Part shown: piece after piece, positions 48,601 to 57,028 of the stretch | Numbering within the stretch: the first letter of the stretch is position 1 | Layout: each line of letters opens with the position of its first letter | DNA from: Octopus sinensis | Taxonomy: Eukaryota | Assembly (NCBI RefSeq): GCF_006345805.1 | Contig: NC_043024.1 | Location: 496,001 to 560,000 of the forward strand | Direction: 5' to 3' | Length of the DNA: 64,000 nucleotides | Program-made: the position numbers and the translations under genes | Notes under the pieces: model-generated | The model's database searches: none | Told to the model about the DNA's origin: nothing | Seen by the model: the letters and a program-made list of their open reading frames with translations, nothing else

Positions 48601-51366
48601 GCATGCTGAGCAAACTGCTTCGTGGCACTTTTTCAGCTTTACATTCTAAGTTTAAATTCCACTGAGGCCGCCTTTACCTTTCATCCCTTTCAGAGTCAAT
48701 AAAATAAATACTATTTAAGCACTGAGACCAATGTAATCGCCTGACCCCCACCCCCAAAATTTCAGCCCTTGTGCCTATAGTAGAAAGGATTTTTTTTGTT
48801 TTTCTTAGTAAATCTCTGATCAATTCCCGTCTGTGACTGATTTTCTGCTTTCTTTCAGGTTTCTTGCTGTCCACACTGTCGTAATCCTCTACCCCGGTGT
48901 GCTTTGTGTCTGAAGAATTTAGGGACTGCTTCAGGGGCCCTGTCTATAGAAGGATCTCCAGGTCAGAATCTTTACACTTTCTTCTTTGTTCTGTTTTGTT
49001 TTCAATTTTAACTATAACCAGTCCAGATCAGTCTTCTGGGATTCTGTAGTATTTGTTGTTAAGGGTCACATCACTTCTAAATAGCCTCCACCCTCAACCT
49101 TTATTCTGATCTCAGGGTGTCAAGATGTTAATATCATCACCATAATCATAATCATAATCAACCCTGAACATTACCAACTGGAGTTCTAGGATTGGATCAA
49201 CATTAAATGAAGTGTTTTGTTCAAGAACACAAATTGACGATCAAAACCAGAAATCAAAACCATAACTTTGCAATCGGGAGTGCAACACCCTAAACGCTAG
49301 ACCATGTGCCGCCTTATACAGTTAGGAGACAAACCTGTGTAATTCTAATAAGAACTGTTTTCAACCCTAACAAACCATCCAGGCATAGGAAGCAGACTGA
49401 TCACCCCCATCACCTAACAACCTCAGGGGGTTGTTCTTTCTTTCTTTTTACTGTTGTATACTGTGTATGTTTCCCTTCTTTATTCTATTCTATTCTGCAT
49501 ATCCTTTCTATATTTACACTCTATTATTTGGCATTTCATTGTATCATCTGTGAACCTTCCAACGTGACTGGCCCATCGTGCATTTGCAGGGTGGTATTCG
49601 GTGATGATGTCCTTCACACCTGTTTGATCCCTGATCCCTTCGTTCCAGATGTGATCTCTTCCCAATATTAACCTTTTCATGGCTCTCTGTGCCATAAACA
49701 GATGTTCTTCTTCTTCTCTCAGCATTGCAGGCAAGACTGTTCTGTTAAAGAGTTTGGCGCAAATTGCCTTGTTTAGGTTCACCTTCAGCACTTTCTTCAC
49801 TGAGTTGCATGCTCTCCATCCTGTTCTTACCCTTTGGTGGACTCAGGCAATTGTCAAGTAAGTGGAAGAGACCACTCGGAAGACCTCCAATCAGGTGGGA
49901 AGAGCCTGAAGGGGGTGGAGCAAATGCTGTGGCCAGTAAAGCTGATCCTGGTGATTTCATTCTGTATAAACCCCAACCCTTTATGTCAGTCTTTGTATTG
50001 TTCCCCTCGTCCTTTGCCTAAGAAGTAAATAAAAGAAATCATTATTATTACTATTTCTGTTTAAATTCTATTATTTTCCTTTTTGCAATTTTCAGATTCA
50101 AAAACTTCTTCCTTTAAGAATTGGTTTACTTGGTGCCAGTCTTGTCGACACGGAGGTCATTCAGGTCATATTACAGATTGGTTCAAGTAAGTAGCAATAA
50201 TCTTCAATTCATTTACTAGTTTCAAGTATTGACCTGCGACCATCCTGGGACACCTTCTTCAGTGCAGTTTTGCAACTACTCTTTTTATCTTTTGCCTGTT
50301 TCAATCATTAGACTGTGGCCATGCTGGGGCACCACCTTGCAATTTTAGTCAAATGAATCAATCCCAGTACTTATTTTTTAAATCTAGTACTTATTCTATC
50401 AGTCCCTTTTGCTGAACCTCTAAGTTATAGAGACAGAAACACACCAACACCAATTGTCAAGTGGTGATGGTGGGGACAAACGCAGACACACACACAATAG
50501 ATATCCTCATCATTTAACATCCGTTGTCTATGCTGGAATGGGTTGACAGTTTGACCTGGGCTGGCAAGGCTGGAAGGCTCCACGAGACTCCAGTCTGATT
50601 TGGCATGGTTTCTGCAGCTGGATGACCTTCCTAATGCCAACCACTCTGAGAGTGTAATGGGTGCTTGGGCTTCTTTCAGTTTCCATCTACCAAATCCACT
50701 TACAAGGCTTTGATCAGCCCTAGACTATTGTAGAAGACACTTTCCCAAGATGCTGTGGGACTGAACCCAGAATCATGTGGTTGGGAAGCAAGCTTCTTAC
50801 CACACAGCCACTCCTGAACAAAATTTCAGTTGGTAATGCTTGCATGGGTCAGGTGGAATTTGTTGAGGCAGGTTTTTCTCAGGTTGGATGCCCTTCATCT
50901 GTTTCCAAGCAAGGTATTTCTACCCGTCTTTTCGTTCTGAGTTCAAGTCCTGCCAAGGTCGACTTTGCTTTTCATCCTTTCAAGGTCGATGAAATAAATA
51001 CCAGTTGAGTACTGGGGTCAATGTAATCAGCTAACCTCCTTCTGCCAATATTTCAGAACCCATGCCGGTGCCGCATAAAAAGGCACATCTACCAGCACCC
51101 TGTAAAAAGCACTCATATTGGTGTCACATAAAGAGCACTCATATTGGTGTCACATAAAGAGCACTCATGCCAGTGACACATAGAGGAGCACCTGTGCCAG
51201 TGCCACATAAAAAAGCACCCAGTGGTGGTGGTGGCGGTGGTGAATGCAAAAAGATTTTTGTCACGATTGCTTAATTTTTTTTCTTCTTCTTTTCTAAATG
51301 TCTTTCAGAGATCACCTGGAATGCCCTGTAGCTGGTTGTTCCTGTAAATGTATGGCTTTAGACTGA
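13031..51366 (+). CDS. MIOS: GATOR2 complex subunit MIOS (Mio): N-terminal WD40 repeats, alpha-solenoid, C-terminal zinc/RING domain; 27 coding exons, 2541 nt, 846 aa (859 aa from the alternative ATG at 12992)
   Basis: All 26 introns are GT-AG and phase-consistent. The translation matches recalled vertebrate MIOS motifs: [97 protein letters not shown]. Confidence 0.95.
14791..14870 (+). CDS. MIOS: MIOS coding exon 2
   Basis: (A)[26 protein letters not shown]; TTTTCAG / GTTAGT. Confidence 0.88.
15446..15845 (+). mobile_element. Helentron-associated (HINE/DINE-1-like) non-autonomous element
   Basis: Starts TTATTACCTCCGCCAA and ends TTAACGGAGGTCTGTGCTCTCCGAGTGCTTTTCTAGTT; subterminal inverted ACCTCCG/CGGAGGT; GTYY/GTCY microsatellite near the 5' end; TT ends. 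Confidence 0.65.
15871..15950 (+). CDS. MIOS: MIOS coding exon 3
   Basis: [26 protein letters not shown]; TTTTCAG / GTAAGT. Confidence 0.92.
16449..16671 (+). mobile_element. ~220-bp mariner-derived MITE (further copies at 32071-32292 and, partial, ~47260-47428)
   Basis: TA-flanked TIRs ...AGGGGTGCTGAAAAGTT / AACTTTTCAACACCCCTCATA; retains a transposase C-terminus-like [21 protein letters not shown]. Confidence 0.8.
17148..17613 (+). mobile_element. Foldback insertion (probably Penelope-like) with ~104-bp inverted arms and a hammerhead in the spacer
   Basis: Arms 17189-17293 and 17509-17611 share a 38-bp perfect core; TTTACTAA is duplicated at 17140-17147 and 17614-17621 inside a host piggyBac-type MITE. 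Confidence 0.7.
17390..17442 (+). ncRNA. Type I hammerhead ribozyme motif (candidate)
   Basis: Stem I GGTTACGA/TTGTGATC (3 G-U pairs); core CTGA-G-GA plus an extra U; stem II GAG/CTC; GAAA; stem III ACTG/CAGT; cleavage triplet GTC ending at 17434. Confidence 0.6.
17660..18365 (-). mobile_element. RTE-clade LINE fragment with inverted 5' segment
   Basis: Minus 17660-18072: [29 protein letters not shown], (GAT)n tail. Plus 18073-18365: [36 protein letters not shown]. Confidence 0.75.
18433..18476 (+). CDS. MIOS: MIOS coding exon 4
   Basis: (N)[14 protein letters not shown]; TTAACAG / GTAGGT. Confidence 0.9.
19654..19712 (+). CDS. MIOS: MIOS coding exon 5
   Basis: (A)[19 protein letters not shown]; ATTACAG / GTAAGT. 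Confidence 0.93.
21080..21221 (+). CDS. MIOS: MIOS coding exon 6
   Basis: [19 protein letters not shown]...KPYLDI; TTCCAG / GTAAGA. Confidence 0.94.
22461..22559 (+). CDS. MIOS: MIOS coding exon 7
   Basis: (G)[32 protein letters not shown]; CTCTAG / GTGAGT. Confidence 0.93.
22701..23718 (-). mobile_element. Internally deleted maT/DD37D-like Tc1-mariner element
   Basis: Minus strand IMVFGV...[36 protein letters not shown] and [20 protein letters not shown]; degenerate terminal inverted repeats. Confidence 0.75.
24454..24548 (+). CDS. MIOS: MIOS coding exon 8
   Basis: (E)[31 protein letters not shown]; TTATAG / GTAAGC. Confidence 0.93.
25562..25795 (+). mobile_element. Second tRNA-derived SINE family, best-preserved copy
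   Basis: GGCGGCGAGCTGCCAGAAACGTTAGCACGCC...GAGTTCAAATTC...GCCTTTCATCCTTTCGGGGTCG; related copies near 3570(-), 26540(-), 27445(+), 30440(-), 48585(+) and 60720(+). Confidence 0.75.
25933..25974 (+). CDS. MIOS: MIOS coding exon 9 (followed by a U12-type intron)
   Basis: [14 protein letters not shown]; acceptor poly-T CAG; donor GTATCCTTTT. Confidence 0.9.
28160..28215 (+). CDS. MIOS: MIOS coding exon 10
   Basis: [18 protein letters not shown](R); U12-like branch TTCTTTAAC upstream; donor GTGAGT. Confidence 0.92.
29510..29583 (+). CDS. MIOS: MIOS coding exon 11
   Basis: [24 protein letters not shown]; TTTCAG / GTAAAC. Confidence 0.9.
30114..30158 (+). CDS. MIOS: MIOS coding exon 12
   Basis: (G)[14 protein letters not shown]; TTCTAG / GTAAGT. 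Confidence 0.9.
30165..30301 (+). repeat. (CAT/CAC)n microsatellite at the start of MIOS intron 12
   Basis: Seen directly. Confidence 0.95.
30840..31345 (+). repeat. ~500-bp (CT)-rich polypyrimidine low-complexity tract ending at the exon 13 acceptor
   Basis: Seen directly; source of the spurious Leu/Ser-rich ORFs at 30806-31439. Confidence 0.9.
31356..31474 (+). CDS. MIOS: MIOS coding exon 13
   Basis: (C)[39 protein letters not shown]; TTCAG / GTAAGT. Confidence 0.93.
31787..31921 (+). CDS. MIOS: MIOS coding exon 14
   Basis: DWSNEF...[18 protein letters not shown]; TTACAG / GTAAGT. Confidence 0.93.
33440..33515 (+). CDS. MIOS: MIOS coding exon 15 (followed by a U12-type intron)
   Basis: [25 protein letters not shown]; TTTTAG / GTATCCTTTG; phase 1. 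Confidence 0.9.
34010..34620 (+). mobile_element. CR1/L2-type LINE reverse transcriptase fragment inside the second U12 intron
   Basis: [20 protein letters not shown]...[20 protein letters not shown]...[15 protein letters not shown], with stops. Confidence 0.85.
34855..34898 (-). ncRNA. Minimal (dimer-type) type I hammerhead motif of a Penelope-like terminal repeat
   Basis: Minus strand ACAC-CTGATGA-A-GGCTG(GAGGCTATAT)CAGCC-GAAACGTT-GTGT: palindromic ACGT stem III, GTT cleavage triplet, 4-bp stem I. Confidence 0.5.
35300..35465 (+). CDS. MIOS: MIOS coding exon 16
   Basis: (M)CKDRIRDK...YYGVESVL...YRSEE(R); U12 branch TTTCCTTAAC; donor GTAAGA. Confidence 0.9.
36444..36515 (+). CDS. MIOS: MIOS coding exon 17
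   Basis: [23 protein letters not shown]; TTACAG / GTGAGT. Confidence 0.93.
37623..37735 (+). CDS. MIOS: MIOS coding exon 18
   Basis: [37 protein letters not shown]; TTGTAG / GTAAAT. Confidence 0.94.
38706..38881 (+). CDS. MIOS: MIOS coding exon 19
   Basis: (E)[27 protein letters not shown]...[11 protein letters not shown]...EIL; TTCTCAG / GTGAGT. Confidence 0.95.
39614..39679 (+). CDS. MIOS: MIOS coding exon 20
   Basis: [22 protein letters not shown]; TTCCAG / GTGAGT. Confidence 0.94.
40159..40231 (+). CDS. MIOS: MIOS coding exon 21
   Basis: [24 protein letters not shown]; TTTCAG / GTAAGT. Confidence 0.94.
43373..43511 (+). CDS. MIOS: MIOS coding exon 22
   Basis: (G)[24 protein letters not shown]...DSWIH; ATTCAG / GTAACA. 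Confidence 0.92.
45740..45781 (+). CDS. MIOS: MIOS coding exon 23
   Basis: [13 protein letters not shown](R); TTGCAG / GTAGGT. Confidence 0.93.
45804..46110 (+). repeat. Degenerate minisatellite (~45-53-bp units, A-B-C twice)
   Basis: Recurring GGTAGA..CTGAGTGA..CTTC(C/T)CTCATTGA; unit 4 resembles unit 1, unit 5 unit 2, and unit 6 unit 3. Confidence 0.75.
46718..47071. mobile_element. hAT MITE
   Basis: TIRs CAGTGACTCTCA / TGAGAACCACTG; 8-bp TSD GATTAAAG/GGTTAGAG. Confidence 0.7.
47567..47738 (+). CDS. MIOS: MIOS coding exon 24
   Basis: ALFDILW...[14 protein letters not shown]...KHVK; TTACAG / GTGAAA. Confidence 0.92.
48859..48961 (+). CDS. MIOS: MIOS coding exon 25
   Basis: [34 protein letters not shown]; TTTCAG / GTCAGA. 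Confidence 0.93.
49545..49955 (+). mobile_element. RTE-type LINE fragment with inverted 5' segment
   Basis: Minus 49545-49837: [28 protein letters not shown]...[13 protein letters not shown]. Plus from 49838: [18 protein letters not shown]. Confidence 0.75.
50096..50186 (+). CDS. MIOS: MIOS coding exon 26
   Basis: (D)[29 protein letters not shown]; TTTCAG / GTAAGT. Confidence 0.95.
51309..51366 (+). CDS. MIOS: MIOS coding exon 27 (stop)
   Basis: [18 protein letters not shown]; acceptor TTTCAG; AATAAA at 51411 and 51430. Confidence 0.95.
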
Positions 51367-54300
51367 ATAATTACTGTTGGATTACAAGAAATTTTATTTT
51401 TCAAAACCAAAATAAATAGTAAAAACAACAATAAATAAAAAGCACCGAAAATCTTTTAAAAAAATATAAAAGAGTTCAAACTATACTAAAAACATTTGTT
51501 CACAGAGACAAAATGAGAAACAAATTTGTTTTTATTTTTTATTCAAAAGAAAAAAACGTAAAAAAAAAAATATGTCCCCTAACCCCCTCCAAAGAAAAAA
51601 ATCGGCAAATTCCCCACAAGATCTTCCTTGAGTTGAGTGTTTACTTGTGGGACTTGACTTGCTGCCCTTGTATCTTTAGTTTAAAACCTTGTGCAGCTGT
51701 TTTCTTGTATATTTCAACAGTTCACTTAATTCTGTGCACCTAAGTTCCCTTAGCTGTCTGCAATGGGAAAGTTAGCTGTGAGAGACGAGAATTTCTCTCT
51801 CATTTTGTTCACACTGTATCAATGAAATTAAGTTCTACACCCATAAACAGACTTTCAGCGCTATTGAAAGCATTTACATTTTCAATATTTCTTCATGCAA
51901 ATTATCAAAATGATAATGACCACAATGACAATGATGATGACGATGATGAGAATGGCAGCAGTGATGATGATAAAATACTTCAATCTTTAATCTGACATCC
52001 AGGTTATACTTATGCGTTAGCAACTTCCGAAGGGGTATTTTAGTATTTTCAACAAAATGTATTAAAATATACATTTCTTTTTTTCTTTTATGAGATTGGA
52101 TGTTGCGAAAATAAATGAATAATTTATAATTATTTCTTGTAGAGGTTTCTATCAAGACATTACTGTGTTGTAGCAGCATTGCAGTTATCTGTGTATTTCT
52201 AGATGTTTGTTCCTTCTCGAGCCATGCCAGGCTCATGAGGGCCAGTTTCCCAGTTTCCTTGGTGTATAGGTTCCCCACCTGGACAGGATGCTGGTCTGTC
52301 GCAGGTGAGCTGCAAGATGCAGGAGGAAGAGTGAGAGAAATCTGTGGCGAAAGAGTCAGCAGAAGTTTGCCATTACCTTCTGCTGGAGCTGCGTGGAGCT
52401 TAGGTGTTTCGCTCATAAACACACACATCGCCCGGTCTGAGATTCGAACCCTCGACCACGAGTCCGCTGCTCTAACCACTAGGCCATGTGCCTCCGTATT
52501 TCTAGATATGTGTGATCAAAGAAACTGGTGCTGGTCTTTGTTGGCAAGAATTGTATTATTTTGTAGAATTGATAAATTGAGAGTAAATCAAACTTGCCAC
52601 AAGAAGTGGACAAGTCCATTGTTTCAGACAGGGGCCTTCTTTGGGGTCAAATTGACAAGAAGGAAATTAATGGGGCGGCAGAGTTTTACATCCTCTGTGT
52701 AATCAATTTAACTACTCCTGGATATGAGTATAACAACTGTGTTCTTCTGCCAAGCCATGTTGAGCCAGTGTGGCAGAGTAGGCTCATCAAACCAGTAGGA
52801 TCTCAAGCTCAACTTCAGTCTCCACATCAGACCATGGTTAGTGGAGAGAAACATGCTGAGGCTTTCATCCTACACTGGACTGAACAAGGGCAATCCAATC
52901 CAACATATAACCTGTTTAATCCAACATCTGCAATATGAAGTGAAATGTAGAGGAGATTAAGTCTCCATCAACATTTAGCATCTCTGTCTTCCATGATGAC
53001 ATGTGCTTGTTAGTTTAACAGGATTTACTGTGTTGAGTTCCTCTGCCCTCTTTGGCATGGTTTCTAGAGTTGGATGCCCAACCACTTTACAGAGTGTACT
53101 GAATGCTGCATGTTCATGTCACCAGCACTTGAGATTGTCAAGTGGATCACAAGACAAGGCTCTTAGATGTGGTAGCCATGTGACTCCGCCTCAGCAAGAC
53201 ATCTGTTCCTGTTACTCTATCATATTTTAGCCTCTCAACACTTAGCACAAAGCCAGGCTTTTATCTTGCAAGCTACCTGATGACTGACTTGTGCTGGTAA
53301 CACCAAAAATCTCTCAGGGCACACTTTGTAAAGTGGTTGATTTTAAGAAGGGCATCCAGCTGTAAAAACCAAGCCAAAACTGACTTTGGAGCTTGACACA
53401 GTCTTTTGTCCTATCAAACTGTCCAACCCATGCCAGCATGGAATATCTCTTATTATAAAAGGCAGATTTTATCTGCCTCCCTTTGGGAGTTATACAAATC
53501 TACAATATAGGATTTCTTCAATTACAATTTACCTGGCATTTTTAAGAGTACAATGCATCGCGTCATGCCAGGTCCAGTTTTTAAAATTTAAACTCCAATT
53601 AAGCAAAATTTACAGAAAACTCACATTCTGGTGTGTGTGTCAAATGCTTTTCTTAGTCTGGTTTACACCACACGCAAACGCACACACACAGTAGGCAACG
53701 AATAAAATGAAAGTAAATAGCGGACAGAGTGATTTGAGGAAGACTAAAGTGAAAGTATTCTGTCTATGACGATGATAGATACATGAGTAAAATGTATGGG
53801 GAGCTAAGAGTGAGTGAAAATGTTCTTGGAAGAGAGTAATTAGTAATAAAGTAAACATACACTCATACATACATACATACATACATACATACATACACAC
53901 ATACACACATACACACACATACATACACACACACATACATACATACATATACATACATACATACACACACACACATACACACACACACACAGTATTGAAG
54001 CTTGAGAACAATCAGATACATTTGCAACACATCTGTTGAAAATATTATTGTTCACACACATACATATACATATATACATACAGACAGACAGACAGATAGA
54101 CACACACACACACACATACACATGATCCAGCATGGCCACAACCTCAAGGCTGAAACATATAAAAGAATAACAGAATATAAATGCGTGCAAAGTACAAGAA
54201 ATATTAATGCAGTATATGGGGATTGGACAATAAGCGTAAGGCAGTGTCAATGGTGGTTCCAGAAATCCCGAGCCATAAACTACAGCCTAGAAGACGAGCC

Positions 54301-55029
54301 TCATCCTGAAAGATCTGTAGAACTCGACAAGGACATCCTGAAAACCCTGGTGGAACAAAATATCATCGTAACTGTTGAGGAACTAGCAGAGAAGCTTGGA
54401 TTTGGTCATTCAACCATTCATTGACACCTGTGTGCTATCGGAAAAGTCAGCAAATTGGGTCAATGGGTTCCTCACGAACTTTCCGAGTCTAATTGCATGC
54501 AGAGAGTGAATGTATGCTTTTCTTTGCTGTCATATCTCACCACTACTGCGCTATGTATATCTATATATATAAAACTGTAGTTGTGTGAGTGTCTGTCCCC
54601 TTCGATTTAGATTCCTAACTACTCCCACATTTTGCGGTACAGTTTAACCAAATTCGGGTAGCTTATAGTCGTGATTCATATCGAGCCCGTCTGAATATTA
54701 GCGCGCATCTACGATGAGTCTACGATTTTAAAAATAATTTAACATCATTTTTTATTCCATTTTAATGCATAATTTTTTGTGTGTCGATGGCGGCGGAGTT
54801 GGCGTCCACGCTCACACCTGCACCTGTGGGGAAGGGAGTGTAAGGAAATCAACGTCGTAATGCGTTGTCAAGGAGACCAGTGTTCTTTTAGAACGACTTC
54901 ATGGCTTCAAGACACCAAAACAGAAATGGCTAAGAAAGCGTCTACATGAGTCTACGATTTAAAAAAAAATTTACCATCGTTTTTTTTCCATTTTAATGCA
55001 TTTTTTCGCTATTATATAAGGGAAGTGTG

Positions 55030-55114
<85 letters not shown>

Positions 55115-55777
55115 CTTTAACAGTGAATTTAAAGGATATCCAGTGTTCTTTAATGCATATTAATTTTTACAAGGAAAAGGTTGACAGTAACTTCAAAGTT
55201 GTTGGCTTACTAACCTTCATCAAACTGGTTAAATAAAACCTTTGGATAGAAAGATTCAAAGATGGGTGTAGCTGTGTGGTAAGAAGCTTGCTTCACAACT
55301 GCATGGTTCTGGGTTCAGTCCCACTGCGTGGTACCTGGGCAAGTGTCTGGTGTTATAACTTTGGGTTGACCAAAGCCTTGTGAGTGGATTTGGTAGGCAG
55401 ACACTGAAATAAGCCCATTGCGGGTGTGTGTGTGTGTGAATATATATATATATAACTTTAACAGTGAATTTAAAGGATATCCAGTGTTCTTTAATGCATA
55501 TTAATTTTTACAAGGAAAAGGTTGACAGTAACTTCAAAGTTGTTGGCTTACTAACCTTCATCAAACTGGTTAAATAAAACCTTTGGATAGAAAGATTCAA
55601 AGATGGGTGTAGCTGTGTGGTAAGAAGCTTGCTTCACAACTGCATGGTTCTGGGTTCAGTCCCACTGCGTGGTACCTGGGCAAGTGTCTGGTGTTATAAC
55701 TTTGGGTTGACCAAAGCCTTGTGAGTGGATTTGGTAGGCAGACACTGAAATAAGCCCATTGCGGGTGTGTGTGTGTG

Positions 55778-55813
<36 letters not shown>

Positions 55814-56005
55814 TTTGTCCTTCACTACTTGACAACTTGTGTTGGTGTGTTTACGTCCCTGTTGCTTAGGGGTTTGGCAAAAGTGAGACAGAATAAGTAA
55901 CAGGCTTAAAAAGAAAGAAGTACTGGGGTGATTCATTCAATTAAAAACTTCAAGACAGTGCCCCAGCATGGCCACAACCTCAAGGCTGAAACATATAAAA
56001 GAATA

Positions 56006-56395
56006 ACAGAATATAAATGCGTGCAAAGTACAAGAAATATTAATGCAGTATATGGGGATTGGACAATAAGCGTAAGGCAGTGTCAATGGTGGTTCCAGAA
56101 ATCCCGAGCCATAAACTACAGCCTAGAAGACGAGCCTCATCCTGAAAGATCTGTAGAACTCGACAAGGACATCCTGAAAACCCTGGTGGAACAAAATATC
56201 ATCGTAACTGTTGAGGAACTAGCAGAGAAGCTTGGATTTGGTCATTCAACCATTCATTGACACCTGTGTGCTATCGGAAAAGTCAGCAAATTGGGTCAAT
56301 GGGTTCCTCACGAACTTTCCGAGTCTAATTGCATGCAGAGAGTGAATGTATGCTTTTCTTTGCTGTCATATCTCACCACTACTGCGCTATGTATA
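56006..56395 (+). mobile_element. Mariner transposase N-terminal (HTH) fragment, duplicated at 54170-54559
   Basis: RNINAVYG..ISVRQCQWWFQK...SLEDEP..RSVELD...TVEELAEKLGFGHSTIH*HL..IGKVSKLGQWVPHEL. Confidence 0.85.
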
Positions 56396-57028
56396 TCTAT
56401 ATATATAAAACTGTAGTTGTGTGAGTGTCTGTCCCCTTCGATTTAGATTCCTAACTACTCCCACATTTTGCGGTACAGTTTAACCAAATTCGGGTAGCTT
56501 ATAGTCGTGATTCATATCGAGCCCGTCTGAATATTAGCGCGCATCTACGATGAGTCTACGATTTAAAAATAATTTAACATCATTTTTTATTCCATTTTAA
56601 TGCATAATTTTTTGTGTGTCGATGGCGGCGGAGTTGGCGTCCACGCTCACACCTGCACCTGTGGGGAAGGGAGTGTAAGGAAATCAACGTCGTAATGCGT
56701 TGTCAAGGAGACCAGTGTTCTTTTAGAACGACTTCATGGCTTCAAGACACCAAAACAGAAATGGCTAAGAAAGCGTCTACATGAGTCTACGATTTAAAAA
56801 AAAATTTACCATCGTTTTTTTTCCATTTTAATGCATTTTTTCGCTATTATATAAGGGAAGTAACTCTCTAAAAATGTCTACGATGAGTCAACGATTTTTT
56901 AAAAAATTTACCATCATATTTTTTCCATTTTTAATGCATTTTTTGCTATTTTTTGGCTATAACTCTCTAAAAATGCTTATATAGTTATTTCCCTTACAAA
57001 CCCGAGCAACGCTGGGCGATACTGCTAG
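56396..57028 (+). mobile_element. Complete non-autonomous Helitron (633 bp) inserted in the mariner fragment; 3'-truncated copy at 54560-55026
   Basis: A|TCTATATATATAAAA...CCCGAGCAACGCTGGG hairpin...CTAG|T; no TSD; three internal TCTAC...GATTT repeats. Confidence 0.85.

Noticed and set aside
51060-51230. 26-bp tandem repeats that superficially resemble a CRISPR-like array
   Set aside because: No unique spacers; these are internal tandem units of the RTE/SINE 3' UTR family in a eukaryotic genome.
51874-52938. 201-, 155- and 114-aa ORFs
   Set aside because: Composed of SINE sequence and (GAT)n-like repeats; no coherent domain.
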